The position numbers were made by a program, and so were the translations under genes. Below are positions 23,116 through 36,016 of a DNA stretch of 64,000 nucleotides, in pieces. This stretch comes from Dendrobates tinctorius. Its lineage: Eukaryota. The DNA lies in the NCBI RefSeq assembly GCF_039654945.1, contig NW_027361696.1, forward strand, positions 68,448,001-68,512,000, in the 5' to 3' direction. The notes under the pieces were generated by a model. That model was not told the DNA's origin. It made no database searches and was given only the letters and a program-made list of their open reading frames with translations. Within the stretch, counting starts at the first letter, position 1, and every line of letters begins with the position of its first letter.

Positions 23116-23171
23116 CTTGCAGCAAGGAGCTGAAGACTAAATAGTTCTTCCAGGTGTCTGGGCCGATGCAT
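23116..23171 (-). other. lhb: Candidate lhb exon 1 (probably 5' UTR; in-frame ATG at 23171)
   Basis: Strong donor AAG|GTAAGT at 23116/23115; 5' end ~30 nt downstream of a TATA-like TATTTAAATA; splices in frame to the exon 2 acceptor. Confidence 0.7.
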
Positions 23172-23189
23172 TCAACTTGTACACGTCCC

Positions 23190-23372
23190 TATTTAAATAT
23201 TCACGTATGACCCAGCCCTATCTGTCATGGCCACAGCATGTGGGGGTGTGAAGGCTGAATGGATCTTCTTTTTTTCATTTTTCTCTGAAGCAGATTAGTG
23301 AATTATTACTGAGATGTTAAATAAATCTTCCCTATCCCGAAATGAATGACTACACTAATCCACAAGGACCAA
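23190..23372 (-). promoter_or_regulatory. lhb: lhb proximal promoter: TATA, tandem SF-1/Egr-1, Pitx1
   Basis: Minus strand: TATTTAAATA 23199-23190; AGCCTTCA-CACCCCCAC 23256-23240; TGGCCATGA 23233-23225; GGATTAGTGT 23361-23352 next to TGGTCCTTG 23371-23363. Confidence 0.7.
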
Positions 23373-23692
23373 TCTGTCCAACCGGACATATGTGATGGTT
23401 TTTGCATCTCGCTAAAAAAAAAAGGACAGAGTAATTGCTTTCTATTGGCAATTTTATATTTGGATACATTTTCTTTTTTATACTCTTGGAATTCCTAGAA
23501 ATTCAGAATAATTCTTTGCTTTTATCATAATCCTTTACCAATATTGCAAAAAAAATCTTTTCTAAAGAACTAAACTGAAGATATGAGATAACTACTCTGC
23601 TTTAAGGCGTGAACCCACCATTGCCCCAGCGTAGGGTAATTATAGGCAGAAGGGGCAGATGCATTTTGGCCCCAGCCCTTCTCCGAGTTAAC

Positions 23693-24097
23693 TAAGGATA
23701 CCGTTACATTTAGCGATGCACCAGCGATTCCGACCACGATACGACCCGGTCAGGATCACTGGTGCATCGCTAAATGGTCGCTAGTGAGCTGCCAAACAGG
23801 CAGATCTCGCCAGCGACATAGCAGCGGTTGACGGTCGTTACTTACCTGTCAGACGTGGCGATGAAGACGTCCTCCCGCACGCGTCGCTTGTCGGCGCCAG
23901 CAGGAAGTCCAGCAGGAAGTGGCCGATGAGAAATGGTCCAGGACGTTCTCGCGCGATCAGCGATAACCAGCGGGGGAGCCGGTCGGAGTTAAGTATCACA
24001 CATAGCGATATCGCTAGCAATATCACTGCTGCGTCACAAAATCGGTGACGCTTTAGCAATATCGCTAGCTATCTCGCTGTGTGTAATGGGGGCTTTA
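23693..24097. mobile_element. Non-autonomous TIR element (Harbinger-like MITE)
   Basis: TAA/TTA-flanked imperfect TIRs and AGCGA/TCGCT-rich internal palindromes; second copy at 35649-36016. Confidence 0.6.
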
Positions 24098-24655
24098 GTC
24101 TAGCAATAAGTCTCTGAGTCTTGGATTAAAAAATGAGCTGAGCACTGATTTCCAGTATTAGACAGTGTATAGTGGTGTTATTATTAGAGCACTGTATGGT
24201 ACTATTATTTATGTATCATATAAACTTGAGTATTCTAGTGTTCACTGATGCTTTAATCCATGGTTTACAAACCTTCCAAAAAGTATATGCATGAATTAGT
24301 CATGTATTTTGGGCTAAAAATCATTTTTGAAATTTGGTTTAATTAAAAACTTTGCACTTTTTGGCTCTGTGGGGAGTCTGGCTGTGTCTGACACCCAGTT
24401 TTCTGCTCCCACAACTGCACAATCTAATGCAAGGTGCTTACTCTGCATTGACGTTTTAGATCCTCAGTGCAGAGTAAAGTGTGGACCATCCAGCTTCAAC
24501 TGCCATTTTGTTTATGCTTGAAAAAAACCGCTTGCTGGCCAAAACACTTTTATGATGTATTTTGGATGAATAAAATAATAGAATCATCTCTCTGGTGCCT
24601 TGGAAATGATGTGACTCTAGTTTAAAGGGGTTTCTGTGACTTTTTAAAAAAAATA

Positions 24656-26556
24656 TTTCCCCTTCCCCCTTGACCGCATCATGAAGAGATGGGATCCGCT
24701 GTTCAAGGACAGGAAATCTACAGATAAAAAGGGCAATTCCATTCTTCCGCATCAGTTGGTTTCCTGTACTTGACAGGGAGCCTACAGTCAACGTACCTGC
24801 AAAGGAAGGCATACCGGACTGCCAGAAGAGAATCATCGTGGGATGCCAGGCATGGCCAGACCGATTCAGGCAGCGGGGGTTTCCTACCTCGGCTGGCACG
24901 GTGTCCTGAGTCGCCACCTCTGGGGTCAGTGGGCCTCTAGGGTGTGCTGGGAGAGGCAGAAGAGAAGATGCATTGCTGGGTATACAGCCTCTCCTTGAAT
25001 CCTCATCGCCTGCTTTTCAGTCAGCCCGGGCCAGCATTGGAGGCAAATGCACGCAGGGATACTTCCGGAGTCCAGTGCACACGCAGGGATGCAGCGCCGC
25101 AAGGCGTGACTGGGAAATCCAGTTGTCGCATGCACGCATGCTTGCCGGTAGTGTATGCGACCGGATACTGTTCGTCCGCACGCTTCAGACCCTCCCTGAG
25201 CGCGTCCCTATGGAGGACATATGGGCGTCTAGGCATAATGAGATGCTGAAACAGCACAGGGGTGCTGAAGAGGGGGGGGGGCACGGCTTATTCACCACCA
25301 GAAAGCACTGGAACATTGATTCTGAAAAACTCTGGCAGTCTCCATCCCCCCCCCCCCAGTCATGAGCAAGCAGAAGCACCAGGGGGGTGCAGACTCTGCA
25401 TTCCCAGTCACCACCCCAGCAGCAGCAGCTACTGTCGCAGCCACAACAGAGACAGCAAAGGAAAAAACGAGCGGGACAAGAGTACCCTTCCTATCATCAC
25501 GAACGTGGTAATGAACACAATTACGACCTGGCTAGAAATTGGTGGCTAACCAGACCTCCTTTCGAATCTCTGGCAGAGGCTTTGCTGAGAATTCTGTCCC
25601 TTAAGACATCACTTTTAGTAGCTTTTAGTAGCTCTCACTTTAGCTCATAGGGTCAGTGACATCCAGGCATTATCTGCTGGCCCTCCATTCACACAAATCT
25701 TGGAGGATAAAGTTATTCTTAAAACCCACCTGGCCTACCTACCAAAAGTGGTGTCGCGATTCCATAATTCTCAGGAGGTCTCCCTCCCTTCTTTTTGTCC
25801 TAACCTCAAGAACAAGGAAGGAGGAGTCTTACATACACTAGACGTCAGAAGGTGCCTAATCCAATACCTAGCGGCCACATGAGAGTGTAGGAAGGATAGG
25901 TCTTGCTTTGTGACCTTTAAGGGACTTCGAAAGGGTCAAAAAGCTTCTAAGGGCATGTTGGCAAGAAGGATAAGGAACACCAACACCGTCATACTCCTCA
26001 TGTGGAGAGGCCGCCCTCATTAGACACGGGCAGTGGCAGCCTCCTGAGTGGAAAGAGCCGGTGACTCAATACAGCAGATATGTAGAGTTGCTACATGGTC
26101 TTCCCCCTCTATATTCTTCAATCACTATCGACTGGACCTAGCCTCTTCTTCAGACCTTACTTTTGGTAGAAGGGTTCTGGAAGTGGTGATCCCTCCCTAA
26201 TAATACATTCTCTGCAATTCTCTCCATGGTGCCGTCATGGGGGAAGGAGAATGACGTATTTACTTACCGGTAACTGGATTTCTCAGAGCCCATGATGGCA
26301 CCCGTACATTCCCTCCCTTCATGTGTGGGTGTGCACACTTAATTTTGTTATCTATATGTAGTCACATGGTGTTCCTGTTAAGCTCATACTGTGTTATTAA
26401 GCTGGAGGTCCTCTCATGCTCTGTAAACAACTGATGTGGGGGAGAGGTACTGCCCTTTTTATCTGTAGGTTTCCTGTCCTTGAAGGGCGGATCTCCTCTC
26501 TGTGGTTCTGTCATGGGCTCTGAGAAATCCTCTTACCGGTAAATAACTACATCTTT
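24656..26556 (+). mobile_element. Internally deleted DIRS element (second family)
   Basis: ITRs (tcaaggacaggaaatctacagataaaaagggca / tgccctttttatctgtaggtttcctgtccttga), ICR ~26220-26305, decayed tyrosine recombinase 25540-26200 (YLPKVVSRFH, HTLDVRRCL); gag and RT absent. Confidence 0.85.
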
Positions 26557-27529
26557 TTTGCTTAAAAGAATTTATTTGGGGCTAAAAATCAATTTTGCTA
26601 TTTGGTTTCATTAAAAATGTTGCACTGTTTGGCTCTGGGGGAAGTCTGGCTGTATCTGACACCCAGTTTGCTGCTTTCAGAGCTGCACAATCTAATGTAC
26701 TGTCAATTCACAGTAAAGTGGACCACCCACATGACTATATTCTATAGGCAGTCTAGAACTAGTTAAAGGGGATGTCCACTTTTGGGGACTTTGTTTTCTT
26801 GTTTTTGCAATTTGGGTTCATTTAAAATATTTCACTGTTTAGCTTTTACAGGCTCTTTGTTACCCTGCACATTAAACTTGGTCAAATTACCTGAGATCAG
26901 ATAAAGCAAATGACAGATAAGAGCTGTAAATTATCCCATTGCATCGTCAGAATAAGCTCACTGACGGATTCTCAGTTAACTAATTCTGCAGCCAACAAAA
27001 GGCCCTGCAACACAGAGGCTACAGAAGGCTAATAATGCAACATTTTTAATGAAATGCAATTACGGTATAAAAATGAGAACCAGCACCACAAACTTGTGTA
27101 CTTTATCATTACACCACCCAATGGAGTCCCTCTGCCGTCCGGAGGAGTCCCCCAACCACCCGGAAGAGTCCCCTGACCTCATATGGCTCACTCCAAATAT
27201 CTTTTAGTTATATTAATGCCTTTCATGGTTGAGGAAATGATTATTACTGGGTATTACATAACAGGTGTTATATTCCTGGCATAGCCTTGGTCCTAGCTAT
27301 ATCCTCAGGCACTGGGTGTTCTGTGTGGGAGGCTGTAACCAGAGCAGCTGTTTCAGCTGATAAATGTGTTAAGACCTTAGATATCAACCTTGGGCTAAAA
27401 TTGAACCAGGGACCCAACATGTACTTACCGGTTTTCTAATGATAAAGGGATTTCCTTGAATCAGGGCTTATGTTAAATGGATTTTTTTTTTCTTACAATA
27501 TAAAAAATTACAATTTTCACACTGGCCAC

Positions 27530-28005
27530 ACTGTATTATCCACTGTATATAGAGGTGTTATTAGTCATTTTACTGGAGGAGGAGGTGAGCTGTGATATCA
27601 CCTATTGTGAATGGTGAATAGTGTGTTAGCTTCTGTATATAGAGGTGTTATCTGTCTTTCTATAGGAGCAGAAGGAGGTGAGCTGTGACATCCTCTATTG
27701 TGAATGGTGGATGCTGTTATCTACTGTATATAGAGGTGTTATCAGTCATTGTACAGGAGGAGGAGGACGTGAGCTGTGACATCTATTGTGAATTGTGGTT
27801 CCTGTATTATCTACTGTATATAGAGGTGTTATCAGTCCTTGTACAGGAGGAGAAGGTGAGCTGTAACATCATCTATTATGAATGGTGGTTCCTGTATTAT
27901 CTATTGTATATAGAGGTGTTATCAGTGATTATACAGGAGGAGGTGAGCTGTAACATCTATTATGAATGGTGGATCCTGTGTTATCTACTGTATATAGGGG
28001 TATTA
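27530..28005. repeat. Minisatellite, ~90-bp unit, ~5 copies
   Basis: ctgtatatagaggtgtta recurs at ~27543, 27633, 27725, 27815, 27905 and 27988. Confidence 0.85.
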
Positions 28006-29708
28006 CAGAACAGATAGTTTAAGTCTAATTAGCCTAGTAGCCAGCGTAAAAATTGCAAGTTTTTTTATGCAGATAGTGGTATTGAAAACTGAAAAAGACA
28101 TACCGGTAATCAAAAATTTTAAAAAATACATTTATCATATAAACCTGATTTACACAATAGGTTTGCAGTCCCTTCAATACTTATATAGTCAATATGGCTC
28201 GTCCAGAGGTGTATCTAGGTTTTCTAGCACCTGGGGAAGTTTGGCGCCCCATCCAAACACATATGTGATTTGCCCACTTACAGTCACGTGTCGACCATCT
28301 GCTCCTCCTAATTCTCTGTGTTAAGTGAAAAACTGAGAGAAGCAGGAAGAAAAGCTCGCTGTCACGTGACCGTAAGTCTGAAAATCGCATATGAGCGATG
28401 TGGCCATGTGATGACTGCTGGAGCCTGACAGTGAGTATATTACACGCTGTCAGGATTGGCTTCAGGGCTTCACTTTATAATTTAAGGGCTTGTCCAGGTG
28501 TGAGATGAAAGTCTGCAGTGACTCTAGGTGACTGCAGTCTCCTGAAGTCTCAGAATGTGTGCTGCTGTCACAATGCGGCAAATGCCCCTCCTGTCCCTCC
28601 CCCCGGATATTCACAGTGATTGTTCTACACAGATCTGCATTAGTCTTTCATAATGTGTGATTTATACAGCTGGAAAATATATATTTTTGAGCGACTTGCC
28701 CTTTTGTGTTTATTAGTGAACAGGGTCCGGTTATGCATCAGAAGAGCAGTGGAAGACTACATTTTCAGGAAGAATGACAGAGGAAAAGCAAGAGCATAGT
28801 AGACTACACTTTGTGGTGTCCACCTAAAAAAAACAGACAACGCCAGGAGGAATAGAGGCCAGACAGAGCGTAAAGTGACTCATTATAGTGAAGGAGTCCA
28901 TCGGGGGCATGACCGAATCCCGTATTTCGGGGATCAACACAGGTCCCGACAGTCCATTTTTCAAACAGGTCTTGACACCTCCACTTCCATACTGGGTATC
29001 CCCCAGGAGAGGTTTCAGTGTTGGCACAGGACTCGCGAAGGGAGGCTGGCTGCTCATTTCAATAGTTGAGCCAGCCGACCTCCCTGTCTGTGCATTCGAA
29101 AAAGAAGCCATGACAAATGAGCCATGACACAGAAAGACGGGAAGGAAGCTTCTTCTGAGTGAAAAGAGTTGCAAATAGACAAAGAAACTAAGACATCGAG
29201 GCACACTTGTAAAAAAAAAAAAAAAAGTATAATAATCCCTTTTGGATGTAAATGAGACATATTTTTATTTTGCTGGACATCTGCTTTAAGTGAAGGGTCT
29301 GATGAAATTAACAACAAGTAGAGAGAAATCACTAATCGCTATTCCTATGATAAAGCTACAAAGTGTTCAACCTTAAAGTGGTATTCTCGGAATATAAAAT
29401 GATCGCCTGTCCTCAGGATACATGATAACTTGCTCATCACTGGGGGTCTGACTCATTCACTCCCGTCGATCCTGCAGAGACCGATCTTGAATGGAGTGGA
29501 GGAGAGCATTGTCTAAGGGACTGATGGAGGTCGGGACGGCAAAGACAATGAATGCAGCAGAGTTTGAGCATGCACCATTCCAGAAAGGAATCTGCAGAGC
29601 TCCGATCACAGGAGGTTCCAGAAATGATCAGTAAATATTCCACAATCCCATCAATAAGGGGATAACTTTGAATTCTGGGAATAACCCTTTAAAATATATC
29701 ACAGGTCA

Positions 29709-29714
29709 TTTATT
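29709..29714 (-). terminator. Polyadenylation signal of the saxo3-like gene
   Basis: AATAAA 1 nt after the TGA stop. Confidence 0.55.
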
Positions 29715-29715
29715 G

Positions 29716-30124
29716 TCACACCGCAACTGGCCTCTCACTACCATATGCCTCGTACTCTGTTTCATACATCTTGGGAACAGCCATGATCTCTGGCAATGGT
29801 CCCTGTCTTGGTTTGGTCCAGGGGCATTCTAGGGGGAAGTAGACATCTTGTGACCTCTTGACGTCCAGTGGCCACTGGTAGCTTTCCTGTGCCAAGGATT
29901 TTAGTCCTGTGTGCGGGACAGATTGTGCACGTGGTGGAATCCGTGGCAGTTTACTGGCAAAGGGAAACTGAAGAGTGTCCCGCATTGGAGGTGGTCGTCG
30001 AAGTGTTGGTAGACTCTCCTTCGGTATAGGGTTTTCTTTCAGGCCATGTCCCCAGGCCTTAGGGTAATCCTCCGCCTGCCAATAAGTCAGAATATCTTTT
30101 TTCGGATAGCCTTCAAGTTCTTTC
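29716..30124 (-). CDS. saxo3: SAXO3-like microtubule inner protein, exon 5 (last)
   Basis: Acceptor ttttccaaaccag|G, phase 2; KELEGYPKKDILTYWQAEDYPKAWGHG...MYETEYEAYGSERPVAV*. Confidence 0.75.
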
Positions 30125-30976
30125 CTGGTTTGGAAAAATAGAAGATAATAAATACAATTTAACAAAAATAATGGCTGTCATTGGGACTAATGTAAAGGGC
30201 ATTGGAGCTGATCACTTCCTACTTAACCTTCAAATTCGTACATATCTCTCCTTCATATGTTAGACTCACTCCAAGATATAACCACTGGAGGTGGAGTTTG
30301 GAGACAATAAAGAACAGTTGGGCTACGATGCATCCATAGCCTCCAACCAAAATGAATGGGATTTCTGGAAGCAGAGTAGCTCCACCATCTCTGTACCTTC
30401 ATCTCCAGTGGTCAGAGCCATTCCTAAAAAGCTGAGATGTGAACAAGCCTATAACCAAAAACCAGGCCCTTAGTGATGCTTTGGGGTCTAACCTGGGGTA
30501 TATATTGGGTGTCGAGAAAGTTGTGACAACATGGTTCCTTTGGATCTCTCTTCTACGTGAAGAAGTTGTATCAAATTTGGACGTTATCCCCTATCCGTGT
30601 GACTTCCCTGATCATTGGGTGTCCGAACTCTGGGACCCGGGGTCTGCACTAATTCCAAGAACCGGTGGTCTGAAGAGCCCCTTTGTGAATAGAGTGGTGG
30701 TTGCTCATGCACAACTTTGCTCACTTCATTCTTAATAAGAGTGCAGAAGATCTGCTGATTTTGCATTAGGGCTCTGGAGATTTGTTACATCTTCGGGGAT
30801 CTACATCAACCTGGTCAACAAGAAGGAGCCACAATGGTTGATTAGCTCCACTTTTGTCCATGGCTGCAATACCAGGCACAGCCAACAGATAAGGGTGACA
30901 CTGTTTCTGGGAAATAATCTCCACCTTTTTTTAAATATCAGATAACTTCTAGCTCACTCGTGGTTGTTAGACTTAC

Positions 30977-31104
30977 GCTGTAAATGCACGGAAATCCTGA
31001 GCTGTAGTGGATGCATATATGTCGTTCAAGCTCAAGACCCCCTTGTCTCGTACGCAAAATGGTTCTCCGGATACGGCCTTGTTTTCTGTTGTTGCCACTA
31101 TCGC
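30977..31104 (-). CDS. saxo3: SAXO3-like, exon 4
   Basis: tttag|GCG...ACA GC|gtaagt; AIVATTENKAVSGEPFCVRDKGVLSLNDIYASTTAQDFRAFT (Mn-like YxSTTxxDF motif). Phases match both neighbours; this frame is not in the ORF track. Confidence 0.8.
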
Positions 31105-31569
31105 CTAAATTGCAACAGAGTTTGTAAAGATATACTCCAGAATTATCAAATATTTGATAAATGGCTGATGGAAATATGTAGCAGGCATAGATCATCCTTT
31201 TTCATTTTAAAGGACATCTGTTAGCACAAAATGACTGTTCAAACCTAGCACAGGAACTTTGTGCACCCTTGGTGTGGCTGAGCAGCTCAGTGCACCCTCT
31301 CACCTACTTGTTTTCTATTTATCTCTGTCCTTTAACAACTCTGATTATACAATAGACAAAGAAAAGGAGGACAGAGATAGATGGAAAATTTGTACGAGGG
31401 AAGGTGCACTGAACTACTCGGCCACACCAAGGGTTCACCGAGAGCTTGGGCTTGGTTTGAACAGTCATGTTGTACTGATAGACTGCCTTTGTTGAGTTTT
31501 TGATTGGAATCTTTTGTCGATTGATACAATTAACAGAAGCCACGAAACCCAATGTCAACATAGACAAAC

Positions 31570-31731
31570 CTGTGACGGTCCTCTATTTATGTGATTTTCC
31601 AGAGGGAAGGGTTGAGGTCCTGCATGGAAATTAGTGATGGAGGGGTGAGCTGGACATCCCTTGAATTCTGCTTTCATCTCACTGCTTTGGTGTTTAGGAT
31701 CCAGTGGAGTCCTCCATGGTCTTAGTTTCAA
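31570..31731 (-). CDS. saxo3: SAXO3-like, exon 3
   Basis: ctttgcag|TTG...CAG|gtttgt; LKLRPWRTPLDPKHQSSEMKAEFKG...HAGPQPFPLENHINRGPSQ; 162 nt, phase 0/0. Confidence 0.8.
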
Positions 31732-31860
31732 CTGCAAAGTTAATGAAAAAGTTAGTGTTAATTAAAATACTGTATTTAGTTCACATATGCTTTCCTCCTA
31801 GAGTCAAATTCATAGATCCATACTATATCTGGATTGTATGAGATTAGAAACAAAAAAAAA

Positions 31861-33598
31861 GTATTTTTACAGGATGAAAATGATGAAATGGTAAGACAGG
31901 ATGTTGAGAAGGCTGAACTTTTAAATTCCTATTTTGCATCTGTTTTCTCTCGGAAAGGAAATGCAACATCAACTGTTATTCACTGTCCTATTAAGGGAAT
32001 AGAAGAATCCAGGATATCTATAAACAGAAAGATAGTGAGGAAACACTTAGCTAACCTAAATGAATTCAAGTCTCCAGGTCCAGATGAATTACACCCCAGA
32101 GTACTAAAGGAGATAGCAGAAGAAATTTTTGAACCCCTCTCCATAATCTTTGAAAATTCTTGGAGAACAGGAGAAGTGCCAGAAGACTGGAGAAGAGCAA
32201 ATGTTGTTCCTATCTTCAAAAAGGGGAAGAAGGTGGACCCAGGCAACTATAGGCCGGTGAGTCTGACTTCTATACCAGGAAAGATCTTTGAACAAATTAT
32301 TAAACAACATGTATGTCAATACCTGGATAAGAATGAAGTGATTAAACAGAGTCAGCATGGGTTTGTAACTGATAAGTCATGTCAGACTAACTTAATTTCC
32401 TTCTATGACGGTATCACTGATTGGGTGGATCAAGGAAATGCTGTAGATATAGTATATCTTGACTTCAGCAAAGCATTTGACAAAGTCTCTCATACAATCC
32501 TTATTGAAAAAATGACTAAGTATGGAATGGACAAGGCAACTGTTAGGTGGATTCATAACTGGCTTAGTGATCGGACCCAAAGAGTGGTCGTAAATGGCTG
32601 CACATCCAGTTGGAAGAATGTCTCAAGTGGGGTACCACAGGGCTCTGTCCTGGGCCCTGTATTGTTCAACATCTTTATCAACGATTTAGATGAAGGAATT
32701 GAGGGTAAACTGATTAAATTTGCTGATGACACAAAGCTAGGAGGGATAGCTAATACTAGAGAGGAGAGAGAGATGATTCAAAAAGATTTAAATAAACTGG
32801 AGAAGTGGGCAGCAACTAACAGAATGGTTTTTAACAGGGAGAAATGCAAAGTACTACATCTGGGCAATAAAAATGAAAAAAGCATATATAGAATGGGAGA
32901 AATAGGGCTAAGTGACAGCACATGTGAAAAAGACTTGGGTATACTAATAGATCACAGACTGAATATGAGTCAACAGTGTGATGCAGCAGCAAAAAAGGCA
33001 AATGCAATTCTAGGATGTATTAACAGAAGCATACAGTCTAGATCACGTGAAGTCATTATTTCCCTCTACTCCTCTTTGGTCAGACCTCATCTGGAATATT
33101 GTGTCCAGTTTTGGGCACCACATTTTAAAAAAGACATCAACAAACTGGAGCAAGTTCAGAAAAGAGCGACCAGAATGGTGACCGGTCTGCAAACCCTGTC
33201 TTATGAGGAAAGGTTGCAGGATTTGGGAATGTTTAGTTTGCAAAAGAGAAGACTGAGAGGAGACTTAATAGCTGTCTACAAATATCTAAAGGGCTGTCAC
33301 ATTGTAGAAGGATCAACTTTATTCTCATTTGCACAAGGAAAGACTAGAAGCAATGGGATGAAACTGAATGGGAAGAGACACAGATTAGATATTAGAAAAA
33401 ACTTTTTGACAGTTAGAGTGATCAATGAGTGGAACAGGCTGCCACGAGAAGTGGTGAGTTCTCCTTCAATGGAAGTCTTCAAACAGAGGCTGGACAGACA
33501 TCTGACTGGGATGATTTAGCGAATCCTGCTTTGAGCAGGGGGTTGGACCAGATGGCCCAGGAGGTCCCTTCCAACTCTACGATTCTATGATTCTATGA
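31861..33598 (+). mobile_element. CR1 LINE, 5'-truncated, intact RT frame (ORF 31834-33519), in intron 2 of the saxo3-like gene
   Basis: [33 protein letters not shown]; 3' tail (ATTCTATG)n. Confidence 0.96.
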
Positions 33599-33819
33599 AA
33601 AAACCTGCTGTTTTCCAGAAACAGCGCCACACTTGCCCAAAGGCTGTGTCTCGTATTGCTTGTCTTCCACATACATTTGTACAGAGCTGAGTTGCAGTAC
33701 CAGGTTCGGTCTATAGGAAAGTGAAGAACTCTTTTCTCAACTCGCACAACCCTCCTGATCTGAGACTATACAGTTTGTATAAGCAAAAACCAAGAACTTG
33801 GTGAAATGACTTTTCTCAC

Positions 33820-34020
33820 CTTATCCCAAAAATCCTTGTTATAATGAACCTTCCAATGAGGAGCAGGGATGGGGTAACTGGGCTGAGACAGGACGCCCCC
33901 GCAATATTTCCGGTTGAGAGTGCTTCCAGTGGTAGTCTCGAATGTATTTATCAGCTCATCATAGGCGGTGGCTTCGCTTAGTTCCCGCAGTGTTGCTCGA
34001 AGAGGCTCAGAGATGGTGGA
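33820..34020 (-). CDS. saxo3: SAXO3-like, exon 2
   Basis: ttttttccag|TCC...AAG|gtgaga; STISEPL...AYDELINTFETTTGSTLNRKYCGG...KDFWDK; 201 nt, phase 0/0. Confidence 0.8.
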
Positions 34021-34565
34021 CTGGAAAAAAGGCAAAAAATGGCAGCCATGCAATGGATTGCAATCTATCATTGTAAGGCAAAAAAAATCTGTGACCCATT
34101 CAGTTATAGGAATCCTGGTAGACAGTCAAAAGAACTGCAATTTTTACAGTTGTGATTGGACCCTCCAAACTTTATAGAACCATTCATATACTTCTAAGCG
34201 ACATATGATATAGTATTTGCATTCAGATTTTCAGCCAAGAATAGTACAAGGTTCCCATCAGAATTTGTACCCTACATTTAGAGCGGGAAATCTCTAAACG
34301 TGTCCATAGTGCTCTAATGCAAGATGGAGGTCAAAAGGTATGGACTCATGTACCGTACTAGATGGTGCTATTCCATCCTGCAGAATCCACTAAACATGAC
34401 ACAGATCTGCTTTGTAACATGGGAGTCTATGCGTGATGAACATGTTATGGGCTTTTCATTATGGATCCGATAAAGGGATGCCATTATATCCTGTGGGTGA
34501 CGGATCCATCAAGTGAATGATTAATTATGGCCTCTATCACCCATAGGATATAATGGCATCTCTTT

Positions 34566-35650
34566 GAAGAGTAAGTGAACTTAATTGTTTTATTATTTTG
34601 TCCAGCATCAAAAGTTATGAAACTTTGCCCGTCACTTTATTTGGGGATTGTGTTCATTCATTTAAAAATGCATGCAAGTGTCTTGCTAATCCCTGCTTTT
34701 CCTCAGTCTATTGTCCTTCCTTTAGCCGCATTGTGAAAGTACTTATTTGGAGTACAGATGATGGCAGTAATGGGTCAGCTCAGCACTTGCTTTTCTCCAG
34801 TATATTATTCTTCCTTTATCCACATTTAGAAAGAACTCATTTGGCGTACAGATGATGGCAGTGATGGGTCAGCTCAGCACCTGCTCTTCCCCAGTCTATT
34901 ATCCTTCCTTTAGCCACATTTAGAAAGAACTCATTTGGAGTACAGATGATGGCAGTGATGGGTCAGCTCAGCACCTGCTCTTCCCCAGTCTATTATCCTT
35001 CCTTTAGCCACATTTAGAAAGAACTAATTTGGAGTACAGATGATGGCAGTGATGGGTCAGCTCAGCACTTGCTTTTCCCCAGTCTATTGTCCTTCCTTTA
35101 GCCACATTGAGAAAGTACTCATTTAGAGTACAGATGATGGCCGTGATGGGTCAGCCCAGCACTTGCTTTTCCCCAGTCTATTGTCCTTCCTTTAGCCACA
35201 TTGAGAAAGTACTCATTTAGAGTACAGATGATGGCAGTGATCAGCACCTGCTTTTCTCCAGTCTATTATTCTTCCTTTAGCCACATTTAGAAAGAACTCA
35301 TTTGGAGTACAGATGATGGCAGTGATGGGTCAGCTCAGCACCTGCTTTCCCCAGTCTCCTGCAGCAGCTTATCACCAGAGTTAGTGAGAACCAGGTGATC
35401 AGCTGCCCCATCACTACCATCATCTGTACTCCAAATCCTTACACTCTGATATCTATGTAGTTGATGGCAGAAAAATAGACTGAGGAAAAGCAGAGATTAA
35501 AAAGTTCATTACATAAAATTTGTTTACTGGATTGAAGTCAAATCCTTCTAATAAAGTGATATGTAAAGTTTCATAACTTTCCATGCTGGGCAAAATTACT
35601 TTAAAAAAAATAAAAATTGAAATAATAAAATAAAGTTTAGTTACTTTTTA
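34566..35650. mobile_element. TIR-bounded MITE containing a 94-bp minisatellite
   Basis: Inverted arms (cagcatcaaaagttatgaaacttt / aaagtttcataactttccatgctg); ~7 copies of a 94-bp unit at ~34690-35357. Confidence 0.7.
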
Positions 35651-36016
35651 AGGTGCTGTCACACTTAGCGATGCACCAGCGATCCCGACAACGATGTGAC
35701 CCGGTCAAGATCGCTGGTGCCTGGATAAGTGGTCGCTAGTGAGCTGCCAAACAGGCAGATCTCACCAGCGATGGCGGTCGCTACTTACCTGTCAGACGAG
35801 GCGATGAAGACGTCCTTCCGCCCGCGTCAAGGCGTCGCTCGTCGCCACAGCAGGAAGCTGACGACGAGAAACGGTCCAGGCCGATCTCGCGCGATCAGCG
35901 ATAACCAGCGGGGGAGCCGGTCGGAGGCAAGTATCACACACAGCGATATCGCTAGCAATATCGCTGCTACGTCACAAAATATTGCTAGTGATATCGCTTA
36001 GTGTGACGGGCCTTTA
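35649..36016. mobile_element. Harbinger-like MITE, same family as 23693-24097
   Basis: Direct sequence similarity; TIRs GTCACACTTAGCGA / TCGCTTAGTGTGAC. Confidence 0.65.

Noticed and set aside
30228-30811. Possible extra exon of the saxo3-like gene
   Set aside because: Stops in all minus-strand frames after the candidate acceptor; exon 4 already joins exon 5 in phase.
27530-35357. CRISPR-like regular repeats (90-bp and 94-bp arrays)
   Set aside because: Head-to-tail units with no unique spacers, in a eukaryotic context with no cas genes.
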